64,000 nucleotides of DNA, taken from positions 28,507 through 92,506 of the forward strand of contig CAWDWO010000009.1 in assembly GCA_963806035.1 (NCBI GenBank). Reading direction: 5' to 3'. Below the pieces are notes generated by a model. It did not search any database. It worked only from the letters and a program-made list of their open reading frames with translations, and was not told the DNA's origin. Position numbers and translations under genes: made by a program. How positions within the stretch are numbered: position 1 is the stretch's first letter; each line of letters opens with the position of its first letter. Below are positions 47,916-57,155 of this stretch, in pieces. This stretch comes from Candidatus Krumholzibacteriota bacterium. GTDB lineage: Bacteria; Krumholzibacteriota; Krumholzibacteriia; JAJRXK01.

Positions 47916-49736
47916 ATGAGCGCAGAAAACTCAGATCTGAAGGATGTCTTGCGCGACCGCTGGCGGCAGTTGCGCCGGCTCGGCAAATCCAGCCGTCTGG
48001 CCGTCGCGCATCATCCGCGCTACGACGAGCTTCCTCCGCTGATTCCAGTCATCGACGTCCACCGCGCGCGCAACGTCCTTTCCTATCTTGCCGCGGAACG
48101 ATTGGTCTCCGCGCGGAACGTGCTCCATCCGCGCGCCGTCACCATGCGCAGGCTGCGAAGGGTCCACGGCGACGAATACTTGAGGTCACTGGAAACCCCG
48201 CAGAGCATGGCCGCCATCTTTGGCTGCGAAGTGCCCCTGGAGTACCACGACAAGATCCTCTCCGTTCACCGACGCATGGTGGGAGGTACTCTCTACGCCG
48301 TGAAACACGCCTTGGACCTGGGCGTGACGGTCTTGAATCTGGGCGGGGGATTTCACCACGCCAAAAGGGACCGTGGCGCCGGCTTTTGCATCTTCAACGA
48401 CCTCGCACTGGCCGTCGACCTGGCGCGCGAAAGAGGTGTCAGCGGCAAGATCCTCATCGTGGATCTGGATCTGCATGACGGCGACGGAACGCGCGCCTGC
48501 TTCGCGGAAGATGCGAGCGTGCACACCTACTCGATCCACAATCGCGAGCTGGATGATCAGCCGGCGCTGGCATCCACCAGTATCGCCTTGGGCGAGCCGG
48601 TGGAGGACCGTGAGTACTTGCGCGCACTAGAGGAGAGTCTGCCCCCGCTGCTCGGCTCGCTCCGTCCCGAGCTGGTGATCTATCTGGCGGGCTGTGACCC
48701 GGCCAACGGCGACAAATTGGGAACCTGGAACATCAGCAGCGATGGAATGCTGACTCGCGACAAGAGCGTCATGAAATGGATTCGCGAGTTGGCGCCCGCA
48801 GCACCTGTCGTGGTGCTCCTGGGCGGAGGATATGGTCCCGGGGCGTGGCGCCACACCGCCCGCTTCGCCTCCTGGCTCGCCGGCGGTGACGGAGTCCTTC
48901 ATCCAACCCCCACCTCCAGGCGCGCGCTGGCCGAGTACCAGAGGATGGCCGGCGCGCTGATCGAAGGCGATCGGCCCCAGCGAAAAGACGAGGGATTGAG
49001 TTTTTCCCTGGATCCTTCGGATCTGCCCGGAGGAATGCTCAGCGGCTCCCCGCTCTTCTTGGGTCGCTACAGTCGTCACGCAGTGGAATTTGGAGCCGAG
49101 CGCCTCGGCCTCCTCGAAGCCCTGCGCCGCCGCGGCTTCACCCAACTCCGCTTCGATTTCGACCTCCAAAACCCCGCTGGAGAGACAGTTCGGCTCTTGG
49201 CCGGGGAAAGTGGAGAGATCCTGCTCGAACTTCGGCTCCGCGTGGATCGAAGCGTCCTCGTCGGCGAGAGTTTGCTTCGCATCGAGTGGCTCTTGATCCA
49301 GGATCCGCGGCGTGGCTTCAGCAAAGAGCGGCCGGCATTGCCCGGGCAACGGCATCCCGGCATGGGACTTCTGCGCGAAGTGGTTTCCCTGCTGGCCCTG
49401 GTCTGCCAAGACCTCGAACTGGACGGGCTGGTCTTCACGCCGTCCCACTATCACATCGCGGCGCAGACGGAACGGCTCTTTCAGTTCGTCGATCCCACCG
49501 AAGAGGCGCGCTTTCTGGATCTCAAGGACGCTTTGAGGGAAAGGTCGCTGCAGGAAGCGGCACGCGCGATCGCTGGGGGGGAGCTCGTCGATACGAGCAC
49601 CCAAGAGGTGTTCCACTGGGAGCCGCGCCCCATGCTCTTGGCCACGAGCCACAAATTGCGGCATCGACTGCGGCGCGAGCACTTCAAGCGCCGAGTCGCG
49701 CGCGCGCGCCGTCCGAATCGTTTCGCGCGGGCCTGA
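47916..49736 (+). CDS. Zn-dependent histone-deacetylase-family protein with extra C-terminal domain
   Basis: 'GGGFHHA...GFCIFND', 'DLDLHDGDGT', 'AGCDP...DKLG', 'GGGY'; about 230-aa C-terminal extension. Confidence 0.88.
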   Translation: MSAENSDLKDVLRDRWRQLRRLGKSSRLAVAHHPRYDELPPLIPVIDVHRARNVLSYLAAERLVSARNVLHPRAVTMRRLRRVHGDEYLRSLETPQSMAAIFGCEVPLEYHDKILSVHRRMVGGTLYAVKHALDLGVTVLNLGGGFHHAKRDRGAGFCIFNDLALAVDLARERGVSGKILIVDLDLHDGDGTRACFAEDASVHTYSIHNRELDDQPALASTSIALGEPVEDREYLRALEESLPPLLGSLRPELVIYLAGCDPANGDKLGTWNISSDGMLTRDKSVMKWIRELAPAAPVVVLLGGGYGPGAWRHTARFASWLAGGDGVLHPTPTSRRALAEYQRMAGALIEGDRPQRKDEGLSFSLDPSDLPGGMLSGSPLFLGRYSRHAVEFGAERLGLLEALRRRGFTQLRFDFDLQNPAGETVRLLAGESGEILLELRLRVDRSVLVGESLLRIEWLLIQDPRRGFSKERPALPGQRHPGMGLLREVVSLLALVCQDLELDGLVFTPSHYHIAAQTERLFQFVDPTEEARFLDLKDALRERSLQEAARAIAGGELVDTSTQEVFHWEPRPMLLATSHKLRHRLRREHFKRRVARARRPNRFARA

Positions 49737-49743
49737 TCAGCAT

Positions 49744-50187
49744 TCAGCGATCGAGTTTACGCAGCTCGAGTTCGTGCAGGCGATTGTGCGCGAGATCGTG
49801 CTGCTCGAGCCTGATGTAACCGTCGTCTCCGGCATCGATCTGAAAACGGCCCGAGAGAATCAAACTCCAGTCGAAATCCGCCGTGTGCTGCATGGTATCC
49901 GTCAACTGCAGTTGATCGCCCTCGACTCGATACTCTCCCCCGCCTTCCGGCGGAAGATCGATGCGGTCCCCTTCGATCTCATAGTGACCATCGTCGAAAC
50001 GCATGGTGCAGGTCCCCGACTCCCGATACTGCTCGCTCGTCCCTTCGTGATCGGTGATCCAGTACGTGCCGCGATAGGTGCCCGAAAGCTCGATCGGTTT
50101 CTCGCTGTCGGTGCGCGGCGACGGTGCCGCGCAGGCGGCGATCCACAGCGCCAGGCTCAAGACCACTGGAGATGAAAGTCTGCGCAT
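49744..50187 (-). CDS. Hypothetical lipoprotein (beta-barrel/lipocalin-like)
   Basis: Lipobox 'IAAC'; 'LSGTYRG', 'GEYRVEGDQLQL'. Confidence 0.65.
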   Translation of the reverse strand: MRRLSSPVVLSLALWIAACAAPSPRTDSEKPIELSGTYRGTYWITDHEGTSEQYRESGTCTMRFDDGHYEIEGDRIDLPPEGGGEYRVEGDQLQLTDTMQHTADFDWSLILSGRFQIDAGDDGYIRLEQHDLAHNRLHELELRKLDR

Positions 50188-50374
50188 GGTGAACCACCTC
50201 TTTGGGGGCCCTGGTCCGCCGCTGGAGAACGCTGGAAAGCGACCAGATTCAAACTCCAGGGTAAACGAGGCGGGGCAGGATGAAAGAGCAAAAGCCGGCA
50301 GCGGCCCCGAGGGACCGCTGCCGTGGCCGTGTTCACACTTTGTCTCACTCCCGAAGGGAGCCGTGTTCTTTGGT

Positions 50375-50857
50375 TCAGCCGATGCGAATTCGGAGATTTT
50401 GGGCGATCTGGAGGTCACGCCGGCTGATCCTGAGCTCGAAGGCGATCTGGGTCCAGTTGCGACCCGCGCGACGCAGGCGCAGGATCTGATGGCGATCGCG
50501 TCCCGAGAGCAAGCTCAGGCGCCGCGCGATCTTTCGATCCTGAAGCGAGACGCCCCAGCCGGAGCCGTGGTGACGCGGGCTGGAAATGCCGCGCGTGCAG
50601 CGGAGCTTGACGACGCCATGCGCGTTACGCCGCGCCCGCACCACCTGTACGCGGGGGCTCGGAGCCACGACCACCCTGGCCGCCAACTTCGGGCCCGTCT
50701 GCAGACGAATGGACACCTGCGGGCTCGCGACTCCCATGCTGAGAGCCAGTCGCGCCTGCGCGGAGTGCAGCATTCCGGACAGCCCCACGAGCGCGCCCGC
50801 GAGGGTTAGACTGAGCAAGATCCGTCGTGGTCTTAGAGTCTTGAGCATGGCCTTCAT
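50375..50857 (-). CDS. Hypothetical small basic exported protein
   Basis: RBS AAGGAGG before the ATG at 50857; signal peptide ending 'AQA'; Arg-rich; C-terminal 'RRAGRNWTQIAFELRI'. Confidence 0.65.
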   Translation of the reverse strand: MKAMLKTLRPRRILLSLTLAGALVGLSGMLHSAQARLALSMGVASPQVSIRLQTGPKLAARVVVAPSPRVQVVRARRNAHGVVKLRCTRGISSPRHHGSGWGVSLQDRKIARRLSLLSGRDRHQILRLRRAGRNWTQIAFELRISRRDLQIAQNLRIRIG

Positions 50858-50944
50858 CTTCGTCCTCCTTGCCAAGAGCCGCGCGGCCGTCCCTTTCCCC
50901 TCTCGGATCCACCCTTCAGGGCCGCGCTCTTGCCCTCCCCAATC

Positions 50945-50960
50945 GCGAGGATCGTACCAG
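50945..50960 (-). promoter_or_regulatory. Sigma54 -24/-12 promoter
   Basis: Minus strand CTGGTACGATCCTCGC (GG-N10-GC) vs consensus YTGGCACGNNNNTTGC. Confidence 0.6.
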
Positions 50961-50974
50961 TCGTTCAAAATTTG

Positions 50975-50987
50975 TAAGTTGTTTATT
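50975..50987. promoter_or_regulatory. IHF-like binding site
   Basis: TAAGTTGTTTATT, one mismatch to YAANNNNTTGATW, within an AT-rich patch. Confidence 0.55.
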
Positions 50988-51010
50988 TTCAACAAATAGA
51001 GAGCCGGGGT

Positions 51011-51082
51011 GTGTACTTTGAGGTACACCCCCTGCTGGGCTTGCTCTCCTGAGGGGAGAAATTTGTCCTGTGCAGAGGACAA
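51011..51082. promoter_or_regulatory. Two palindromic enhancer-like (UAS) sites
   Basis: GTGTAC-N6-GTACAC (contains TGT-N10-ACA) at 51011-51028; TTGTCC-N8-GGACAA (TGT-N12-ACA) at 51063-51082. Confidence 0.5.
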
Positions 51083-51151
51083 GCGCAGACGGCGCGCCCG
51101 GCGCAAGGACGCGCGGGCGCGGCCGGGCGCCGGACCCGGGGGGGCAGCCCG

Positions 51152-52102
51152 CTAGACCGCGACTTCCAGGATCTCCATCCCGCGCTCCACGAGCCAGTTG
51201 GCGACCGCGTGCACTGACTCCTTCACTCCTCTGGTCACCACGGGGGCGCCGAAACCGCTCAGCTCCACCGTGACCCCCGATTCACCGGGTCTGGCCTCCA
51301 CGACCACCTGCTGACGCAGATCCTCCTCGTCGACGAGGCAAAAGAACTCCAGCTCGGCTTGCTCGAGGCCCCGGTAGCAATTCCGGAGAATCACGCGCCC
51401 CCCCTTGAAGGGGTGCACGGCTTTCTCGAAGGAAGCGACGGTTTTGAGGTCCCCTCGTAGACGAATGTGCTGCATGGTCACGACCTCGATGCTTGCGGGA
51501 TGGGGTTCGCTGGTTTCGCGCGCCTTCAGGAAGGCGGCGTGGTAGATGGGTTTGCGCATGCCGAGCCAGCGCTGCGCGTACTTGGTGCGCAGCATCTCGG
51601 GGCTGGGGTCGCCTTCACGAATCGCATAGAGTCCGGTTGCCTCGCCTTCCGCGAGCGCGAAGCGAAAGTACTCCTCGTGATCCGTAGTGAAGAGCAGGGC
51701 GCCGCCGTCCTCCAGGCGCGTCGAGAGTAAACGGAGAAACGGCTGTTGCATGAGGCGGCGGTCCTGATGCTTCTCGCGGGGCCAGGGGTCGGGGAAGTTC
51801 ACGAACACCCGGTGCAGGGAACGCGGGGGACAGAGTTCTCGCACCGCGAAGCGCGCCTGCCCGTGAAGCACCCGTATGTTCGCCAATCCTTCGCGACGCG
51901 CCCGCAAGTAGGCCCGAGTGATCGAGGCCGGCGCGATCTCCACCCCCAACAGATTCCATTCGGGATGAAAGGACGAGAGTTCGGCGAGAAACTGTCCGTT
52001 GCCGAACCCGATCTCCATCACGAAGGGACCACCGCGGCCAAAGATTCGCTTCGGGTCGACGGGCCATTCCAGTTCGCCCAGGCGCAATAGGTTCTGATTC
52101 AT
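51152..52102 (-). CDS. trmB: tRNA (guanine46-N7)-methyltransferase with C-terminal extension
   Basis: 'MEIGFGNGQFL', 'GVEI', 'NFPDPWPREKHQDRRL', 'TDHEEY', 'TKYAQRW'. Confidence 0.92.
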   Translation of the reverse strand: MNQNLLRLGELEWPVDPKRIFGRGGPFVMEIGFGNGQFLAELSSFHPEWNLLGVEIAPASITRAYLRARREGLANIRVLHGQARFAVRELCPPRSLHRVFVNFPDPWPREKHQDRRLMQQPFLRLLSTRLEDGGALLFTTDHEEYFRFALAEGEATGLYAIREGDPSPEMLRTKYAQRWLGMRKPIYHAAFLKARETSEPHPASIEVVTMQHIRLRGDLKTVASFEKAVHPFKGGRVILRNCYRGLEQAELEFFCLVDEEDLRQQVVVEARPGESGVTVELSGFGAPVVTRGVKESVHAVANWLVERGMEILEVAV

Positions 52103-52130
52103 CGGCTAAAGAGCGCTCCCGCTGGAGATT

Positions 52131-53204
52131 TCAACTTCGCTCGGCCACATCCACGAGCGCCTGCACGCAGACCAGGGTCGTGTGCAGGTAGCCTTCCACT
52201 TCGAGGGTGTCGCCGTACACCGCACGGTGTTGTTCGTAGTCGCCCCAGCTTCCATTTTCGTTCTGGCTTTCGAGGATGAGCGCGAAGGCCTTTTGGTAGC
52301 TCGGATCCTCGGTGAACCCCAGGTACGCGCGGCAGGAGAGGACTTCGGCCAGAAGGTCGAGACTTTTCTTGCGCACCGTCAACTGTTGCAAGGGGATGAG
52401 CACGCTGCGCAGATACTGCAGCTCGTCCGCGTCGAAACGCTTCTGCTCTTTATTCTGTCCGTAGTCGAAGGCGACGAACACCTCGTGGGTGAGGGAATAT
52501 GCCCGCTGAAGATTGAATTGATTGAAGGGAATTCGCCGGGCGACGACGGTGGCTTCACGCGCCGTAGCCAGCGAATCGGTGTCGGGGCCCTGGGCGGACT
52601 GCGCGCTCGGATCGGAACCCTCGGCATCAACGAGATTCGCGGGCAGTTCGAGTCCCAGCTGCCGGTAGTATTTGGCGAACATCTCCCTCTGCCAGGCCCC
52701 CCTGCGCTCAATGCTCGCATCGAGAAGATCCTTCACGCCTTCGAGCTGCGCGCGATCCTGCGGCGTGAAGCGGTGCACCCGATCGAGCAGCACGTAGACG
52801 CGCAAATACGAGAGGGCGTTGGCGTCGAACTCCTTCGGGCTGTAGTGCGAAAGATCTTGGTAGCCAGGCGTGCGCACTTGAAGGGTGAGGCTGTCGATTC
52901 GCGCGAGAATGGTCGAGCGAGCGGACTCGCGGCTTTCGCGCCTCAGCAAGAGCAGGTACAGATCCAAGAGCTCGGCCAGCTTCTTCTTGCCGGCGATCGG
53001 AGGGTCGTGGGCTTCGAGCTGCGCCGCGTTCAACTCGAGATGATCGGCGAATTGGCGCGCGCGGACGAGATACGGCTCGATCGAAGAACCCGACCCCTCG
53101 CCCGCCGCTCGGGCGCAAGCCGGGAAGAAAAAGAGACCTTGCGCGATCAGACCGCAGAGGAGCAGCGCCGCGGCCGTTCGCGAATGACCAGATACCCCAC
53201 GCAT
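52131..53204 (-). CDS. Hypothetical exported alpha-helical (alpha/alpha-toroid, DUF6895-like) protein
   Basis: Signal peptide; 'AYSLTHEVF', 'DLLAEVL', QW-like 'SQNENGSWG', 'HTTLV'. Confidence 0.55.
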   Translation of the reverse strand: MRGVSGHSRTAAALLLCGLIAQGLFFFPACARAAGEGSGSSIEPYLVRARQFADHLELNAAQLEAHDPPIAGKKKLAELLDLYLLLLRRESRESARSTILARIDSLTLQVRTPGYQDLSHYSPKEFDANALSYLRVYVLLDRVHRFTPQDRAQLEGVKDLLDASIERRGAWQREMFAKYYRQLGLELPANLVDAEGSDPSAQSAQGPDTDSLATAREATVVARRIPFNQFNLQRAYSLTHEVFVAFDYGQNKEQKRFDADELQYLRSVLIPLQQLTVRKKSLDLLAEVLSCRAYLGFTEDPSYQKAFALILESQNENGSWGDYEQHRAVYGDTLEVEGYLHTTLVCVQALVDVAERS

Positions 53205-53410
53205 GGAAACCTCACACCCTCTCGAAGCGATGAAGCAATTGAAACTCGCTTTCATTGTACTCCATGGCTAGCGCCGAATCCCGTGAAACTCCAGCCCGTC
53301 CCTCTTTCGTAATCAGCGCACCGCACGCACCCGAATTCCCTTGAAGAGTGCGCGGTAGCGGCGTCACACTTCGTTTCGCCCAGCTTCAATCCGAGCATGG
53401 AGGTTTCGCC

Positions 53411-55144
53411 GTGAACTCATTCGCGCGCTCATTTTTCGCGTCCTTGCTGGCTCTCGTGGTCCTACTCGCTCTGATCGTTGGCATCGCGGCCCTCAAACTC
53501 GATCACAAGACGAAAATCGAGAATCACACATTCCTCGTGGTCGATCTCTACGGGGCCCTTCCCGAATACGATGCGCCGGGAGACGTGGTCAGCCAGGCAC
53601 TCGGAGGAGAGGGGGAGACCCTGCAGCGAGTTCTCTCGAACTTGGAAAAGGCGCGCGTGGACAAACGCATCGAAGGCGTGATCCTCAAGCTATCCAGCAA
53701 CTTCGAGGCGGGCGCGGCCTCCCTGGAAGAGATTCGCAACGCCCTGAAGAAAGTCCAGAAAGCGGACAAGCCTGTTTACGGTTTCGCCGACTCCATCAAT
53801 CCACGCTGCTACTTCCTGGCCGCGGTTTGCGATTCGATCTACGCGCCGCCCTCCGCATACATCACCTTCCATGGATTCTCCGAGACTCTGCCCTTCGTGA
53901 AGGGAAGCCTGGAGAAGCTCGGGGTGAAACCCAATTTGCATCGAATCAAGGACTACAAGGCCGCGGCCGAGCTGGTGATGCGCAAGAACCTGTCGGACGC
54001 CGCGCGCGAAAATCTCCAGTGGATGCTCGACGAGACCTGGGATCTCTTCACGCAATCCCTCCAAGAGGATCGTGGACTGAGTGAGGACCAGGTGAAGAGT
54101 ATCATGGAGCTTGCCGTGTTGACTCCCGAGGAAGCCGTCGAGCGCCGCCTCGTGGACCGCCTGCTCTACTGGGACGAGATGGCCGATCAGTTCAAGCTGG
54201 AGAAAGACGAGCGCTTGCGCACGGTTTCCCAGAGCCGCTACGCCGAGGTCAAGGAGCAGAAGCTGGGCTTGAACAAGGGAAAGAAGTATGTCGCGGTCAT
54301 TCATGCGCACGGGTTGATCGGCGGGCGCGAGAGCGGGGTGGATCCGCTCCTGGGCACCATGATGGGACACGATACGGTGGTGGCGCAGCTGGATCGCGCG
54401 CGCCGCGACAAGAATGTGGTCGCCATCGTCTTCCGGGTGGATAGCGGCGGCGGGGATAGCTTGACCAGCGATCTCATCGGGCACGCGGTCGATCGCGCCG
54501 CCCAGGAAAAACCGGTGGTCGTTTCGATGGTCGACGTCGCCGCCTCCGGCGGCTATTCCATCTCCTACCGAGGAACCAAGATCGTGGCCGACCCCGGTAC
54601 CATCACCGGATCCATCGGATCGATCAGCGGCAAGTTCAATGTGGCCGGGCTGTTCGAGAAGCTGGGAATCAGCTTCGATGGGGTCAGCAAGGGTCCGATG
54701 GCCCTCTACGACTCCAGCCTTCGCGATTACACGCCACAGGAACGCGAGCGTTTCGAAAAGGAACACTGGGCCGGGTACAACACCTGGGTCGCGGACATCG
54801 CCAAGCATCGCGGCATGAGCGTCGATGATGTCTCGCGCCTGGCGGAGGGCCGCGAGTGGTCGGGTCGGCAGGCCGCCGAAAACGGCCTGGTGGACGAACT
54901 CGGAGACCTTGACCACGCGGTTGCTCTCGCCAAGAAGCTGGCCGAGGTGCCTCAGGACAAGAAAGTCGCGGTGCGGCACTTCCCCCAAAAGCAGGATTTC
55001 TTGCAAATGGTGTTCTCGTCAGAAGAGGAGCTGAGTCTCGGCGTGCGTGCCGCCGTGATCCGCCAATTCCGCGCGCAGTGGAAGGAGAGCCTCAATTTGC
55101 TCGCGAATGCGCAACTCCGCCTGGCCCCGCTCGCCACGCCATGA
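53411..55144 (+). CDS. sppA: Signal peptide peptidase A (long, two-domain S49)
   Basis: GGAGG + GTG; 'DYKAAAE', 'RVDSGGG', 'VAASGGY', 'TITGSIG', 'AEGREWSG.QA..GLVDELG'. Confidence 0.92.
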   Translation: MNSFARSFFASLLALVVLLALIVGIAALKLDHKTKIENHTFLVVDLYGALPEYDAPGDVVSQALGGEGETLQRVLSNLEKARVDKRIEGVILKLSSNFEAGAASLEEIRNALKKVQKADKPVYGFADSINPRCYFLAAVCDSIYAPPSAYITFHGFSETLPFVKGSLEKLGVKPNLHRIKDYKAAAELVMRKNLSDAARENLQWMLDETWDLFTQSLQEDRGLSEDQVKSIMELAVLTPEEAVERRLVDRLLYWDEMADQFKLEKDERLRTVSQSRYAEVKEQKLGLNKGKKYVAVIHAHGLIGGRESGVDPLLGTMMGHDTVVAQLDRARRDKNVVAIVFRVDSGGGDSLTSDLIGHAVDRAAQEKPVVVSMVDVAASGGYSISYRGTKIVADPGTITGSIGSISGKFNVAGLFEKLGISFDGVSKGPMALYDSSLRDYTPQERERFEKEHWAGYNTWVADIAKHRGMSVDDVSRLAEGREWSGRQAAENGLVDELGDLDHAVALAKKLAEVPQDKKVAVRHFPQKQDFLQMVFSSEEELSLGVRAAVIRQFRAQWKESLNLLANAQLRLAPLATP

Positions 55145-57036
55145 GCGCGCGTGCGCAGGACGGGAACGCGTCCGGAGCGGGCCGGCCGCCGGTGTTTTGC
55201 GACCTCGTCATGAAGGGTGGTGTGACAAGCGGCGTCACCTACCCTTTGGCCATCGTCGAGCTGGCCAAGCGCTTTCACCTGAAGAATCTGGGCGGCACTT
55301 CGGCTGGCGCGATTTCCGCCGCCTTCGCGGCCGCGGCCGAGCTGCGACGACGCAAGGGAAGCGATGCCGGCTTTCGGGCCCTCGAAGAGCTCCCCGGCTG
55401 GCTCAGCCAGAGGGGCCGCCTGCTTCAGCTTTTCGCGCCGGACCCTGCGACCAAGTCCCTCTTCAGCCTGGCCGTGAAGGGGGCCGCATATAAAAGGTTT
55501 CGCATTCCGCGTCTCGCGATGGCGTGCTTCGCGCTTTGGCCCCTGGCTTTGAGCCTCTCCTTGCTGCCCGGCCTCTTGTGTCTGCTCGCGAGCGGGCGCG
55601 TGCTCTTGGCGGGGCGGGTCGAGTGGTGGCTCGGCCTTGCCGCGAGCGTGGGCGGGCTCGCTCTCATGGCCTCGGGCTTCGCCCTGGTGCTCTCGCGCCG
55701 ACTGCAGCGCGCGCTGCGCGCAGTCATCCACAACGGTTTCGGCCTGAGTTCGGGCATGGGCGGCGGCGCACGCACCGAATCGCCTCCTCTGAGTCCATGG
55801 CTGCACGAGCGATTGAATGCGCTGGCGGGATCGAGCGGGGAAGCTCCGCTCACTTTCTCCGAGCTGTGGAACGCGCCGGTGCCAGAGCAAGGCAGGGCCC
55901 TGCTTTCTGAACGCGACCGTTCCATCGACCTTCAGATGGTCACCACCTGCCTCAGCCACGGACGCCCCTACCAGTTGCCCCAGCTCGAAGGCAATCTCTA
56001 CTTCGATCCCCTGGAGTTCGCGCGGCTCTTTCCCCAGCCGGTGGTGGACTGGATGGTGGAGCACGCCGGCAGCGATGCTGAGGGCGCGAAGGAGGCGCGC
56101 GGGGTGGAAGGAAACCGCCTTTTGGCGTTGCCCGAGCCCGGAGATTTGCCCGTGGTGGTGGCGGTGCGAATGAGCCTGAGCTTTCCCCTGCTCATCTCAG
56201 CCGTTCCTCTGTGGGCGATTGACACCCACGCGTCGACGAAGGACGGCCGGGAGCCCCGCGCCGAGAGAATCTGGTTTTCCGACGGAGGCATCAGCAGCAA
56301 CTTCCCCATCCACTTCTTCGACGTGCTCGTGCCGCGCTGGCCCACGGTGGCCATCAGCCTGCGCCAGTTGCCCGCGCAGGGCGAGCCGAAAAGCTCCTCT
56401 TCGCGCGTGCGCGCCTTGAGAAGCCGCGAGGAAGGTTTGGGCGAACGCTGGATTCGCTTCGAAGGTGGCGGCGGCATCGGTGATTTGTTCGGCTTCCTCA
56501 AGACCATCCTCGACAGCATGCAAAACTGGTACGACAACTCCTACCTGCCCCTGCCCGGATATCGCGATCGCGTGGTGGAGCTCGGTCTGAACAAACACGA
56601 AGGCGGACTGAATTTGGACATGTCCCCCGATACCATCGAGAAGCTCACGAGGGAAGGGCGTGAGGCCGGACGACTCATGGCGGAACGCTTCACCCGCGCT
56701 GCCGGCGAAGAACAGCGTTTGAGCTGGGACGACCATCGCTGGACACGTTACCGCTCGGGCATGGCGGCGCTCGCGGGGGTCCTCGCCGGGCTGAGCCGTG
56801 TCATCGAGGGCGGGGAAAGCTGGCCCGCGTTGATCCGGCGGGAGCTCGACGCACCGCCCAAGAGTTATCCCTTCCAGAGCGAGGAGCAGCGCGACGGGGC
56901 CTGGTCGGCCACCGAGACGCTGGTGCAGGATGTTGGTGCCTGGCGGGTGAGGGCCACGACCAGCCCGCCCGAACTGGGTCCCTTCCATGATCCCCCAAAA
57001 CCGCGTTATACTCTGGGCGTCCGCCCCCCCATGTGA
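55141..57036 (+). CDS. Patatin-like phospholipase with inserted TM segments
   Basis: 'DLVMKGGVTSG', 'GTSAG', 'RMSLSFP', 'DGGISSNFP'; ATGA overlap with sppA. Confidence 0.88.
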   Translation: MSARAQDGNASGAGRPPVFCDLVMKGGVTSGVTYPLAIVELAKRFHLKNLGGTSAGAISAAFAAAAELRRRKGSDAGFRALEELPGWLSQRGRLLQLFAPDPATKSLFSLAVKGAAYKRFRIPRLAMACFALWPLALSLSLLPGLLCLLASGRVLLAGRVEWWLGLAASVGGLALMASGFALVLSRRLQRALRAVIHNGFGLSSGMGGGARTESPPLSPWLHERLNALAGSSGEAPLTFSELWNAPVPEQGRALLSERDRSIDLQMVTTCLSHGRPYQLPQLEGNLYFDPLEFARLFPQPVVDWMVEHAGSDAEGAKEARGVEGNRLLALPEPGDLPVVVAVRMSLSFPLLISAVPLWAIDTHASTKDGREPRAERIWFSDGGISSNFPIHFFDVLVPRWPTVAISLRQLPAQGEPKSSSSRVRALRSREEGLGERWIRFEGGGGIGDLFGFLKTILDSMQNWYDNSYLPLPGYRDRVVELGLNKHEGGLNLDMSPDTIEKLTREGREAGRLMAERFTRAAGEEQRLSWDDHRWTRYRSGMAALAGVLAGLSRVIEGGESWPALIRRELDAPPKSYPFQSEEQRDGAWSATETLVQDVGAWRVRATTSPPELGPFHDPPKPRYTLGVRPPM

Positions 57037-57155
57037 GCATGGGGTGAAGTGTGGCCTGACGCCTGGCTGCGACCCATCCGCGGCAGTACTCTGTTGCCTC
57101 CGGTATTTCCCCCATCCAGCACGCTTGCCGGAAGTTCCGACGGGAGAAACGTGTC

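Noticed and set aside
28419..52102. RNA-modification 'island' (rlmH, TrmJ-like, TrmH-like, trmB, VUT transporter)
   Set aside because: The genes are scattered in different operons among unrelated genes; there is no evidence of a single system.
55141..57036. Patatin as a CBASS CapV-type defence effector
   Set aside because: No CD-NTase, Cap2/Cap3 or other defence genes nearby; the context is housekeeping.
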